Part shown: positions 9,765 through 23,899 of the stretch, in pieces
Position numbering within the stretch: position 1 is the first letter of the stretch
Layout: every line of letters starts with the position of its first letter
Assembly: GCF_009914755.1 (NCBI RefSeq)
Contig: NC_060927.1
Strand: one strand, 5' to 3'
Length of the DNA stretch: 64,000 nucleotides
Source of the DNA: the human T2T-CHM13v2.0 reference genome, Homo sapiens
The notes under the pieces: model-generated
Databases searched by the model: none
The model's input: the letters and a program-made list of their open reading frames with translations, nothing else
What the model was told of the DNA's origin: nothing
Translations under genes and position numbers: made by a program

Positions 9765-10636
9765 CTGTCCTGCTCAGCCCAGACTGTTATATCAAAATAC
9801 CAAAGATTAGGTGCTTAGCCACAGACACTTCTCACAGTTCTGAAGGTTGGAAGCCTGAGATCAAGGTGCCAGCAGATTTGATTCTTGATGAGGGCCCTCT
9901 TTCTGGATTGCAAATGACCACCTTCTCCCTGTGTCCTTATGGTACCTAGTGTAATGCCTTCAAGACCTAGGTCAATTTCTATCCACCTTAACTCTGCTTA
10001 TCTTTAGGAAACAGGACTAAAGTCAGAAGTTTCCCCTTGTGATTAAACCAGCTAAGACTGGTGGGATCTAAAATGGCAGGTCACCTGACCTCTGAAGAGC
10101 TTCTAACTTCATTATAATCTAATTTCCATGCTCAGTGACACTCCCACAAGCACCATGACCATTGACAATCACTATGACAATGACCAGAATAAACCATAAA
10201 AATGACAAAAAGGAAGGTGGCAACTCCCGTTCCAAGAAGTTCTCTACCCACTCCCAGAAAATACATGAATATTCCTCTCCTCGTTTTTAATGCCCAACCC
10301 TTTCATTAAATATGCCCTATACCTGCACTTCTAGACGCTCACTTTTGGTTTTGCATATTGACTTTGTAGCACTGGACGGGGAAAGACCCCATTTTAAGGG
10401 GGACCAACTTTGTTGGTATCGCTCACATGGCCTTTCCTCAATGTGTGTACTTGTAGAGAAATCCGTCTTTCTTCCTCTTCTTATAAGGGAACTAATCTCA
10501 TCATGATGGCTCCACCCCCATCAGCTCATCTAAATGTTATTACTTCTCAAAGGCCCCACCTCCAAAGATAGTCACATTGGAGGTTAAGGCTTTTACATAT
10601 GAATTTGTGGAGGATACATACATTCAGTCCATAACA
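9765..10636 (-). mobile_element. MLT1A-type MaLR LTR split by an ERV1 LTR
   Basis: CTCACAGTTCTGAAGGTTGGAAGCCTGAGATCAAGGTGCCAGCAG ... GGCCCCACCTCC...CATTCAGTCCATAACA. Confidence 0.75.
9950..10420 (+). mobile_element. ERV1 solo LTR (MER41/MER50-like)
   Basis: GACACTCCCACAAGCACCATGAC...CCCAGAAAATACATGAATATTCC motifs; interrupts the MLT1A element. Confidence 0.55.
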
Positions 10637-10724
10637 GTCCATAACATAGTGAAAAGAGGCACTTTTTATGTAGTGGCAGAAAATCTGGCAACACTGTCAC
10701 CTTTGGCAATAAGAAAAATAGAAA

Positions 10725-10799
10725 GAGTACCCAGTAACAGTAAATAGTTAGGGAGTACCCAGTAAATAGTTAGGGAGTACCCAGTTAATAGTTAGGGAG
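10725..10799 (+). repeat. 22-bp tandem repeat, about 3 copies
   Basis: Repeated GAGTACCCAGTAAATAGTTAGG. Confidence 0.9.
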
Positions 10800-11235
10800 A
10801 TTTGAAGGCAGAATTTCAAGCTTCATCTGGCTGATTTTAGCTACCTATGATAAAATATAAGAAGAGATAAATGAAATAAAGGGGAAATACTTCCATTTTT
10901 TAAATCAAAATTTAAATGAAACATAAAAGGTCAAGCTTTCTGGAACCAAAAATAAGACCGTTTTTTAAAATCTCCAATCTCTCCAGAAAGAGAATGTCAT
11001 AGTATAAATCTTTTCAAAACAAGGATCAAATTGTGTGGAAGTATAAGATCCTTGATAAACTGAAGAAAGAGCTAAAGTGGTATCTGAAAGATAACTTCAA
11101 ACAGATAAAGGTCCTTGTATACCCTCTCTGTGACACATTAAGTCTTCTAATAATATTGAGGACATTATCATAGGGAACCAAAGGTAATGAAGGGACTGTC
11201 TCAAATAGACTTACGGGTATGGCTGTTATCTAAAG

Positions 11236-11786
<551 letters not shown>

Positions 11787-12103
11787 TTTAAAAAAGTGGA
11801 TTATAATTTAATGCACAGAAAGTCCACGAAAACGTTAAAGGAATGATTATCAGCTTGGACTGAAAGAGAGAGAAATGGGACAAAATTAAAGAAAAAGCTC
11901 TCTCCAGATATCTAAACAGGAAGGACACTAAGAAAACTACTTAGTTGCAAACATAGGTTATTTTATGAAAAGTTCAATCTTTCCATTGAAAATGAATCTT
12001 ATGCCCATCTTAAATCTGAGCAGGATCTGTAATTGCTTTAACTAATAAAATATAATGCAAGTCACACTATGCCAGGTCCTGGCCTTAAGAAACTGGCAGC
12101 TTC

Positions 12104-13342
12104 TGATGGCAACAGTGGGCCATCTGACGCAACCACTGCCATCACGCTGGCCACCTCAGGGAGGGCACAGGAAGGAGTTGGACAGCCCTCGCTGCCTGCA
12201 GCCCACCACCCTGGGAGCCGCCATGATGGGGTTGGGCCAGGTTGCATGCTGAGGCCACAGGGGCAGCTCACAGCAACGTGGCGCCTGCCCCGGATGTCAG
12301 TCCAGGCCTGACCTGGAGTTGCCAGGAGGGTGGGGCTGCAGCCACCCACGTTGTGACTGTGGATCTGGGCCTCCCACTACAAGAGCAGGCAGAAGCCCTG
12401 CCCCCCAGCCAGCTGCAGCCTCCCAAACCAGAGCTGCAGACCCAGGCATTCCTGCACTCTTGGGGATCCTGGGAAGGGCCCCCTTGCCCTTGCAGGATTA
12501 GAGGTGCCTGCTCCCACTGCCTAGCCTCTCCCAACTCCCAGCATTAACTCCAATATTGGAGCAGGATTGGGGCTGAGCTTGGGCACTGTCATAGCCCAGC
12601 CAGGTGTGCCCACATTTGGGGCAGCACTGACATGTCAGCCCCCTGCTGCCTTGGCCCCCTGCAGACTTGAGGCACCAAGAAGTGTGGGAGGGGACATTGA
12701 GGTGGGGTTGGGGGTGGTTGGGTGATGGCCTGCAGGTACCAGCAGCCTGGGCTCCATGGATGACGTGGGAGGCAGACAGGCTCCTGGGAGGAAGGGGGTG
12801 AATCCCCAGTGAAGCCCCACCTTCAGGCCAGAACAGGCCTGAAGCTGGGGGCCAGGATGCCAGTCCTGCTGATGAGATGGGGAACTTATGGTGCTTTTTC
12901 CTGGGCCCTCCCATGGCTGCCCATGCAGTCAGCACATACTTCCTCCCCTCTGAGGTCAATAAAAGCCCTGGGCTCAGCCAGAGCAGGACAGAGAGTGGAG
13001 AGAATAGAGATAGCTGATAGCAGAGAGGAACTGCCTTCTGAACTGAGAGCTTCAGAGACCAGCAGAGGCATCAGAGCTACCAGCTGCAGAGAGGGGCTAC
13101 CCTCTCCAGGGCCTCCACTCTGCTGAGAGCAGCAGACATTGGTAGTAACAGGGAGGAGCTACCCTCTGCAGGTCTCCTCTGAACTGTTCTAACACTTAAT
13201 GAAGCTCCTCTTTGTCTTGTTGATCCTTCACTTGTCTGCATACCTCATTCTTTCTGGACATAGAACAAGAAGTCAGGCAAAGGCACCACTAGCCATAGAG
13301 GTTTCCAGCCAGAAAAACTGACACCCCAAAGATCCCATAACA
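12104..13342 (+). mobile_element. MER52-family ERV1 solo LTR inside an MLT1 LTR (~11990-13640)
   Basis: GC-rich TGATGGCAACAGTGGGCCATCTG ... GATCCCATAACA with TG..CA termini; source of the many short GC-rich ORFs. Confidence 0.8.
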
Positions 13343-13951
13343 TAACATTTATACTTCCTGTCTCTCTATAAACTTATTCTTGGAACTCAACTGCCATACA
13401 TGAGAAGCCTAAGACATGGACAGGCAATGTGTAGATTCTCCAGTCACCAGCCTGCAGTGAACTGGAACTTAGGCATTCAGGTCATTTGAGCCTTCTCATG
13501 ACTGCAATATCTATTTCTAACAGACTGCAACCATAGGAGAGATCCCAAGCAACAACCCAGCTAAGTCTAGTCAACACAGGAAACCATAATAAATAATAAA
13601 TAATATGTTGTTTTAAGCCACTAAACTTTTTAGTGCCTTGTTATCCAGAAGTAGATAGTTGGTAATCACAGAAGAAACTTCGAGTAATTTAACTGACCTT
13701 TCAGAGATTAAGCTCTTGGTCATCACACCAGGTAAGCAGTTTAGACAAGCTAAAATTATGGCTGAAAAAAGGGAGAAAATCTAGAATGAACAATTGAGAC
13801 AAGAGACGATAAATATCTCTAATGGTCTTGGACAAAGTGGCAGCATTAGGAACTGTAGTCTGTTCCATTAAGACTCCTGTATTAAATCTTATAAAAATTC
13901 CAGCTGGTTACTACCTTGAAGTATCAGAAACTGATTGAACTTAATGTGGTA

Positions 13952-14308
13952 CTATACTAGTCTGTTCTCACAAGAAATACTCAAGACTGGGTAGTTTACA
14001 AAGGAAAGAGGTTTAATTGACTCACAGTTCTGCTTGGCTGGGGAGTGCTCAGGAAACTTACAATCATAGCAGAAGGAACTTCTTCACAGGGTGACAGGAG
14101 AGAGAATGAGTGCCAACAGGAGAAATGCCAGATGCTTATAAAACCCTCAGATCTCATTAGAACTCACTCACTATCAGGAGAACAGCATGGGGCAAACAAC
14201 CCCCATGATTCAATTAACTCCCACCTGGTCCCTCCCATGACACATGGGGATTATGGGGATAACAATTCAAGATGAGATTTGGGTAGGGACACAGCCAAAC
14301 CATGTCAG
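13952..14308 (-). mobile_element. MSTA/THE1-type MaLR LTR
   Basis: AAAGGAAAGAGGTTTAATTGACTCACAGTTC ... GAGATTTGGGTAGGGACACAGCCAAACCATGTCA. Confidence 0.88.
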
Positions 14309-15600
14309 GTACATAAGGAGATATATCTACAGTGTAAGGAGTGAACCAGACACCTCTGGGGTGGGTCCTTGGTCACATCCTATCAATGCACATATAATTT
14401 CATTATCAGTTGTAGTAGACAGTTCCAAGTGGCCTCAAATTTATATAATGCTGAAAAATGTGCATCTTTTTGCATTTTGCCTCAGAGTTTTATCCAGCAT
14501 TGTAGGAACTTTCAAGTACTAACAACAAATGGCAGTGGTAAGGAGAAATTTAATGCACCTTAAGAGAAACCAACAAACAATGTGGAGTGGTAACCTCTGT
14601 ATTAAGTACTCCAGTGTCCTATACTCCAGACGGAAAAATCTGGGAGGTAGTAGGTACACTTCTCAGAATATGCTGGAGGAATTGAGCCCAGTTGCCCATA
14701 GCAGCTACTTTGATAGAGCACCCTAACATTGCATTTTCTTTCTTAACAACCTCACTCTCCCCACTCTCTCACTTCTGATTCCTGGGTCTAACACCAAAAT
14801 AAACTACCTATACTTAAATTTTTGCTTAGGTCCTGCTTTCTTGAGGAACCCAAATTAAGACAGTGAGTTTGATATCTGCACTTTCAGAGCTCTTTGAGAA
14901 TGACATGGAACCTAGATTTCCTTACCCAGACCAATTATTACCAGGCATAAAAGAAAAATATATTTTGGGGCATGTGAAAATATATAAATCTTACATCTCA
15001 TGAAGATTTAGTTAAAAAAATTAAAGATTAAATCGAGAAAATTGTAAATTTTCCTGAGAAAAGAGCTCAAAATCCAGAACCAACCCAGGAGTGCAAAGGT
15101 AAAAAAATTATGGATGATAATAGTATAGTACACCTAGCAAATATTTAGACAAAATTAGACAGAAGGTCAGAGGACTCCAAGAATGCTTTCAAAATGAAAG
15201 TAAGTGTCATGTAACATATACTATTATTATTATTAAGAAGTTGTGAGATATTTATAAAAGACATTTACATAAATCTTTTATACATTTATTTGATCAAAAG
15301 TATATATTTTCTTCTGTCAAAAGGAAAAATACAATAGGAAATTCTAGGGAAAGTGTTGAAACTTATACTCCAGATCTGAATTAAGTAATACATGGTACAA
15401 CTTAATCTTACTTTTTAAAAACTACATACATTAAAATTGATCTCTTTGATGTACAAGTCCATGAGTATTAAAACATGTTAATACCACCACGATCCATAGT
15501 TGAGGATACAATTTCCTCCACCTACAAATCTCCATCGTGCTGCCCCTTTGTAGTTGCACCGTTTCCCCAACCCAAACCTCTGGCAAACACTCATTATTTC

Positions 15601-15974
<374 letters not shown>

Positions 15975-16260
15975 TAACCTTTTAAAACAAACTTCTTTAG
16001 CACAGCTTAATGCCTTAAATATTAATCCTTGTGTGTATCAATAGTTTATTACTTTTTATTGTTGAACATTATTATATGAATGTGTCATAATATATCTATC
16101 CACTCATTGAAGAAATTCAGTTTATCTCTATGTTTTGGCAATTATAAAAAGAGCTGTTATAAATATTGTACATGAGCTTTTATATGAACATGTTTTTATT
16201 TCTCTAGAATAAATACCTGAGTGGGATTGCTTGATCATATATTAAGTGCATATTTATATT

Positions 16261-16316
16261 GTGACATCTGCTTGGTTTGTGACGTCTGCTTGGTTTTGTG
16301 ACATCTGCTTGGTTTT
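16261..16316 (+). repeat. 18-19-bp tandem repeat, 3 copies
   Basis: GTGACATCTGCTTGGTTT three times. Confidence 0.9.
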
Positions 16317-16909
16317 CTTTTCCAGTCATTCTAATATACATTATCTCACTGTGGATTTAATTTGTATTTTTTTAATGGCTAATGATGTTGATCATCTTTT
16401 CATATGCTTGTTTCCATCTGTATATGCTCTTTGGTGAAGTGATGGTTTATGTTCCAATTTTTAAAACAGGATTGGTTGTTTTATTACCTGTTGAGTTTCG
16501 AGTGGTGTTTTTATATTCTATACTTAGTCCTTTGTCAGATAAGTGATTTCCAAGTATTTTTTTCTCACTTTGTAGCTTGTCCTTAATTATGACTTGATTT
16601 TGAAAAAGCATTAACATATAAGAATCTGAATACATATGCTCTGTCTCTTGCAACATCCTCATTCTCTTTGAAATGACATAGGACTACATGCATTTTCTGT
16701 GGGTCTAGTTATCATATTTATTCCTGTCATATATTCATATAATCATAATATTATAACAACCTTTATTTATTTTCCATTTTAAAAACTTAACATATAAGCA
16801 AAGGATTTTGAATTCCCTTAGTTATTCAATAGAATGTAAATATTACAAATAGAACAATTAAAAAGTAATGGTTTGGTATTACTTTTAAGAGCCAGACTAG
16901 ACACTAGTT

Positions 16910-17455
16910 GGGAGTACCTACTTGCAGATAGGGGTTACCTGCTTCAGGTCACCTCTCTTCTGAGAGCTGTCTGGTTGCCCAATAAAGCTTTTCTCAGCCT
17001 CGCTCACCCTCCAGGTGTCCACATAACCTCATTCTTCCTGGATGCGGGATGAGAACTCGGGACCTGCTGAACAGCGGGAGTGAAAGGAGCTGTAACACTT
17101 TCCTGGCTGACTCACCGAGCTGCGGGCAGTGACACGCTCACAGACTGTGGGAGTGAAGAGTAGTGATTCTTCTGGGGGCCCAGACCTTGGTGTTGCCTGA
17201 GCCAGAGCTGTAACACTATAGCCCTCCCACCTTCTGCCAGCAGTGGGTGGCTGCCCCACACAACAGGAAGCAGAGGCCGGGCCAGGCCAGTCCAGGAGAT
17301 GCGGGCTGGAGCGGGGCCCCAGGACTGTGAAAGAGCTGTAAAAAACAGACTGAAACACAGCCCTCTGAAACACACCCTCCCTCTCACTGCGCTGCGGGCG
17401 ATGAGAAGGGGAGAAGAGCTGCGGCCCTTCTGTGAGCCCATACCTCAGGGCCCCT
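16910..17455 (+). mobile_element. ERV1 LTR fragment (LTR27/LTR28/LTR1 group)
   Basis: AATAAAGC...CTCACCCTCCAGGTGTCC..CCTCATTCTTCCTGGATGCGGGA...GAGCTGTAACAC. Confidence 0.65.
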
Positions 17456-18160
17456 ACCTTGAAATATTTCTGCTCTCAAGGCCCTAGCACTCTGGGCCTG
17501 TGATGGGGGTGGCAGCCTTAAAGATCTCCAAAATTCCTTCAGGGTCATTCTTCCACTGTCTTGATGAATGGCATCCGGGTTCCTTTTATCCATACTAATT
17601 TCCATATCACTTGGCCACATTCTTGCTATTCTCCCCAAAACAACCCTTTTCATTCTTTACATGGAAACATTTAGAATTTCCAAATCGTTAATTTCTGTTC
17701 CCTTTTTGATTATACATTCCATCTTTAATTTATTTCTCTCTTCTGCATTTTACTTTAAGACATTAATAGAAGCCACGCAGCAACCTGAACACTTTACACA
17801 GACATTCCTCCACAAATATCCAAGTTCACTGCTCTTAAATTCTGCCTTCCACAAAGCCCTAGGATACTGAGGCAACGCAGCCAAGTTCTTTGCAACTTTG
17901 TAACAAGGTTGTCCTTTCCTCTAGTTTTCAATATAGTATTTGTAATTTCCATCTAAGACCATCTCAGAATCTTTCCCTATTTCTACCAGCATTCTGATCA
18001 TGACCGCTTACATACACACTAAGAAGACTGAGGGTCTCACTGCAGCGCTCGTCTTCTGAGGCTAATCATCTCCTAAAGGCTCCACCTCTTAACATTGTTG
18101 CACTGGGGATTAAGACTTAGCATGAATTTCAGAGGGAACACACACATTCAAACCATAGCA
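17456..18160 (-). mobile_element. MST-type MaLR internal fragment plus partial LTR
   Basis: GCCAAGTTCTTTGC..TAACAAGG int-like text; LTR end ACATTCAAACCATAGCA. Confidence 0.7.
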
Positions 18161-20764
18161 ATGATGGTAACTATCTTACCATTGAACCAAGTATTTGCTA
18201 TTTTCATTTGAACTAACAGTTGGAGGGTAAATTTGTGAAGTGATGATGAAGGGTTAGGGGAGCAGTGGGGAAGAAAAAGGACACACTATTCAAGAGCAGG
18301 TGGCACCAACACTTATAATCCTGAATATATGCATTTGCAAAACATGGCATTTTAGGGCCACTGTGAAACATCTGCCTGCAGCCATTTTGTTGTATTTAGT
18401 GAAAATCTGACTTCAAATGAAGAGCCTCACTACAGGGCTACTTTATTCATTTCTCTAGTACAAGAATTTTGGCAGTTGGCAAAGTATAATCAAATTATCA
18501 TGGGAAGAAACACAAAACTCCCAAATCTACTAAGGGTTCTAGAAAGCTGTGCAGTTTGAGAAGACTTCTGACCACTATCATCTATCATTATATTATCTCA
18601 TGGCAATAAATGGATCACTGGCCTAAACATTGGCAAAATGCCTAAAATATGTGAAACAAGAGAGAGAAGAGATAGGAGAATACCCTTTTGGTAACTAGAA
18701 ACCCTGAATTTTTTGTTGCTATTTTATTCTCCATGGGGAGGAAGTTGACTTAGTTATATTGGTTAAGATGTATTTAATTTTCAGCTATTTTCAAGCGTTT
18801 TCATTTGTTTTTAAATGTCCATAAATAACAAAATGTTATACATACTAGTACAGACTCATTCTAGTATTTTCAAACAGTTTCAAAGTTCAAGTGTTAACTG
18901 TTTTGTATTTTTCTTAATATAATTTTAGCAGATCTTTGCCCCCAAGCTTTTGTCAGCTAGCTGTGATAATGAATTGCTTTACACTTTAAAACTGGCAAAC
19001 CTGCTATTAGCATTTCAAAAACAGATTATAGTAGGTTTTAGATTATGTTTGCTTTTGTTTTAAAACTGCTGTATGAATGATTATAGTTAAAGACAATGAC
19101 TCCCAACTAGAGAAAAGAAAAAAACCTCACATAAAGGAAAGATGTATTATGAACTAGCAGTGTTGACTTCAGTTATTTTTATCTTGCTTAAATACATAAA
19201 AACATACAATAGAATAAATCCCTCATGTGCCTAGTTCTCTCCCAATCATAAAGCCAAGCATTTATAGCAAATACTAAAAAATTTAAGAAAATAAAAATTC
19301 AGAGTAACAGCATTCAATTAATGTGATGGATGATATTTTGCTAAACTAAATTAAAACTCTCAATATAAACACGGTACTGAATGCTACAGTGTAAGTTGGT
19401 GGAGGTTCAGCAAACTAATGGTGATGTGATGGCAGGACCACCTCACCACTTTTTTCTATTTAAGTGATCTTTTCCTTTGTGATAGCATCTGGCCTTTCCC
19501 TTGGTGCACATGTTGCATTTGCATTTTAAATCAGCCTCTGTTTTCCTCTTCTCAATCCACTATAAATGGTACATTACTTTCCCTCAATGCTCTTTCTTAC
19601 TCTCAGATCCCAATATATTATATTCCTTAATAAATTGAAGTCTTAATCTATGAAAACATTTTCAATAGAAATTTATACCTATACATTTGTCTGGTAATGT
19701 TAAAAAGTCCAACATGAAAATTGTGTTAGAAAAGAAATGATTTTATCTTTTTGATATTAGGATCAAATGGTAGATATCCTTATAATAAAAATTCAAATAT
19801 AAATATTGTAACAGATAGTAATCATTTTAATATTAGAAAATGTCAAGGTAATTGCTATTGCTAAGACATGTTTGCCAGTACATTAAAAGCTAAATGCTGT
19901 CAATTGTGTCAATTGCTTATTTCAAATAGAATAAAAAAACTAACACTAAATTAATGACTATATAGGATGTGTGGATCATCTAACATTTCCTGACAACACA
20001 TATGTGAAATCTGATTTGAAAAACGCTAGATTAAACCAAATACCTTTTGGGGAAAAAATGTAGTCCATGTATTACCTGGGGACGTGCCAACAGTTTGAAA
20101 AATACTACTTATAGTTTGTATTTAGTATAATATATCAGCTCCAAACAGGTTCTAAGTGCCATTTCAAACTCTTATTCTACTTCAGGAACTCTAAGTCTGA
20201 AAAGAACTTTCCCACATATGCAGAGTGACTATGTTGGAGCTTAGTACAATACATTTAAACTTATTCTGCAAGGGAGTTAAACACTGTCTTTGATGTTTTG
20301 TTGACACATGATCTCACAAAGGAAATTTTAAAACCAGTATAAGCTTAATATAATAGAACAAATATGTGTGAAGTATACAAAATTAGAGTTTTAGAAGAGT
20401 TATGTGTACATTTTGTCTCCACCATTTACTTGCTATGCAATCTTAGGCCAACACAGAAGGTAATGATAATTAAATGAGTAAAGTAATATGCAGTATAAGG
20501 GATACTTTTTATATTCAGTTGTAAAACAATTTTAATTATTTCTTTTGATGATACACAATGGTGATATGATAATGTTATTTATAAGTTTTCAATTTAGGAA
20601 ACTACAGCATGTGTTTTTTAGGAATGACATATCATCCATAGAGGACAAAAGAAGCCTTCTTCTGTCTTTACTGATTTCTATTTGGTTCCTTATCATATAG
20701 AATAATAGCATTTTGTACATTCTTAAAAAGAAAGATTAGCTTGCATTCACAATATTTACCTCCA

Positions 20765-21760
20765 GACTCAGTAAGCATTTGTTGAAAATCTTCTATGATT
20801 TATTCATTGTGATTAGTAATAACAACTACACAAAGAGGTTGAAAAGACCCAGTTATCATGGACCTTGCAGTTTAATAGGAAGACATACATAAATGTCCAT
20901 CTAACCAGGCAGCATCTGATAGACATAATAAAGTAGATAAAATATTCTATAGAAGAAAAGAAAAGGGAGATAATTTACAACTTTGGAATTCTTGGTAGCA
21001 TCCATGCAAGATGTCTGTACCAAGCATTTAGTCTCTATGTTGACAGAAGTTACTTTCAATTTGTGGGGATGTAAACACATTGTAAAATGTATTTCATTTG
21101 GAAGAAATCAGAAGCCCAAGAAATTGAAAGGAGTGATTTTATGTTTAGAGAACAATAAATCATTTCATATGGCATGATTTTTGTCTTCAAAAGTGTTTTG
21201 TGAAAGATAATGGTTGAAAATAGTCTAGGGCCAAATCAAGTAAGAATTTGAATATTAATCTAAGAAAGTTATATTATATGTAATATATAATATATAATAC
21301 ATTAGACTGTAGATTTTTAAAGAAAGGAAAGCCATGATCAAACATAGGGGTGGGACATATACAAAGATGAGAAAGACCAACAAGAAACATTGCAGGGTCT
21401 GAGTTTCTGCTGTTCTGAGAATGATAGAAAAAAAAAAATAGACAAAAACAGAATAAGTAGCAAGAATCTATAGAATTTCCTGATTAATGGAATACAGGGT
21501 ACAGAAAGGAAAATTTATTATGTAATTTTGAAGTCTGAACCTTAGGAAATGGTGGTAGTGTTACAAAGAGAGCAAAAAAAAAAAAAAAAAGATAATGGCA
21601 ATGGAAAACAGAAATTAGAAATTAGGGGAAATGATGAGCAAATGAGCACTGAGAGGCAGAAATAAAATTTGGTATTCATGAGATCATTGAGAAAATTTAC
21701 AAGAACTGAGGTGAGAGCAGGAATTCAGAATGTAAAGAGTTTAAGAATGAAAGGAGACTA
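20765..21760 (-). mobile_element. L2 remnants
   Basis: CAGTAAGCATTTGTTGA (L2 3' end, reverse) followed by purine-rich decayed L2-like text. Confidence 0.5.
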
Positions 21761-22224
21761 TCATTTTCAGCTTAATTCATATTAGACAACATCAAAAACC
21801 TTCCCCATACAAAAATGTGAATATGGTGAATACATTTTAACAATCTTTTCCAATGTACATTTGTCCCTGCCAGAAAATAAAGGAAACTTTAAAGCCAAAA
21901 ATGAAAAAGATGTTGAAAACCACTGTAAAAAATGGGCATTTACTTGTAGCAAACTTAGGTCATTTATTATTCTGTGCTACTTATTGCCTTGCTTTCTAAT
22001 AATTACAAAGAGGACAAGACATTTTGCCTTGAATCCACAAAGTTAACATTCCTAATTTAGACTGTAGCATAAAACACAAAAGGCTACATTCTCAGTAGTT
22101 AGGTTGATTAAAATAAAGGAAAATAATAAGGAAATATATTTGGATTGGTCCACACTCTGATTGTGTAGTGTCTTAGTCATTCGGGCTTCTATAACACAAT
22201 ACCATAGACTGGATGGCTTATATA

Positions 22225-23895
22225 TTGATTTATTTGTCTATTTTTCCACCAGTACCACTCTTTCTTGATTACTGTAGCTTGATAATAAGTCTTGAAGTAA
22301 AGTTGTGTCAGCCTTCCAACTTTCTCCTTCTCCTTCAACACTGTGTTGGCTATTTTGGGTCTTTTACCTTTCTATATAAATTTTAAAACCAGTTTTTCAA
22401 TCCACACAATAATTTGCTGGGATTTTTACGGGGACTGCGCTGAATCTATAAGTCAAGCTGGGAAGAACTGACATCTTGACAATATAGAGTCATGAAAATG
22501 GAATGAAAGGCAAGGACATACAACATTATCAATATTCTCACAGAAAAGGGTAGTGGTCCAATCTACCATAGATAAAATCTCCTGTGGAAGTGAAATAGAT
22601 GCACTACTCTATAACAAATTTTATGTGGTAAGAAAAACCTAGATAATAAAACCCAGCATGGATACCAACACAAGGTTAAAGTGTAGTGCAATGTCTTACA
22701 TGAAGACAAATGCAGGCATTCTAAATAAAATACTATCAAGTCAAATTCATGCAGCACAGAAATGCAAGATGGTTCATATCTAAGAACATAAATGTCTCTC
22801 CAATTATTTAGTTCTTCTTTTATTTTGTTCATCAGAGTGTTGTAACTTTCCTCATATAGATCTTGTACATACTTTGTTAAATTTATACCTAAAAATTTCA
22901 TTTTGGGGCTGCTAATGTAAGTGGTATTGTGTTTTAATTTCAAATTCCAGTTGTTCATTTCTTATATACAGGAAATCAACTGAGTTTTATATATTAATCT
23001 CATGTCTTGTAACTTTAGTATAATTGCTTATTAGGCCTAGGAGTTTTTCTCCTTCCCAATCAGTATATCTTTTATTTTGGTTTCCTTTCATATTGTATTA
23101 GCGAGCATTTTCAGTATGCTGTTGAAAAATACTGCTTAAACGGGACATTCTTGCCTTGTTCTTGGTTTTAGTGGGGAAATTTCTAGTTTCTTACTGTTGA
23201 GTATGATGTTAGTTCTAATATGCAGATATTCATTATCAAGTTAAGGAAGTTCCCTTCTATTCCTAGTTTACTGAGAGTTTTTAATCATTAACGGGTATTG
23301 GATTTTGTCAAATGTTTCTTCTGCATCAATTGATACAATCGTATGATTTTTTTTTCTCCTTTGGCCTTTTGATATGATGGATTATATGACTTGATATTTC
23401 TAAAGAAATGGAAGAAACTGGAAAGCAAGTGAATGTGTGAAAGAAGCCAATCTGAAAAGTCTATATACTGTATTCTAAATATATGATATTCTGGAAAAGG
23501 AAAAACTATGGAGACATTAAAAAAGATCAGTAGGTTGACAGGAGTTACAGAGGAAGCAGGGTTGAATAGGTGGGGAACAGAAAAATTTTTTAATGCAATG
23601 AAACTGCTCTCTATGATATTATAATGGTGGATACATGTCATTGTTCATTTGTGCAAACATACATAATGTACAACATCAAGAGTCAATATTAACTATGGAC
23701 TTTGGGTGATAATGATGTGTCAACGTAGGTTCAATGGCTGTATCAAATGTACCACTTTGGTGGGGGACTTTGTTAATGGTGGAGGGAGGCTATTCATGCA
23801 TGTATAGGGGAAAGGGGTAAATGATAAAGCTTTCCTCCTTCTTTTCAATTTTTCTGTGAACTGAAAACTGTTCTAAAACGATAAAGTTTAAAAAA
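22225..23895. mobile_element. L1MC-type element with 5' inversion (minus ORF2 part 22225-23400; plus 3'UTR 23400-23895)
   Basis: Minus-strand ORF2 peptide KFLGINLTKYVQDLYEESYNTLMNKIKEELNNWRDI; plus-strand GAAAGAAGCCAATCTGAAAAG...ACTATGGACTTTGGGTGATAATGATGTGTCAA. Confidence 0.75.
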
Positions 23896-23899
23896 AGAA

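Noticed and set aside
10725-10799. Short direct repeats (also 16261-16316) as a CRISPR-like array
   Set aside because: Head-to-tail with no unique spacers, eukaryotic context and no cas genes
12055-13126. Cluster of overlapping GC-rich ORFs suggesting a gene or CpG island
   Set aside because: Lies essentially within a MER52 LTR; stop-poor because of GC content, and CpG-depleted
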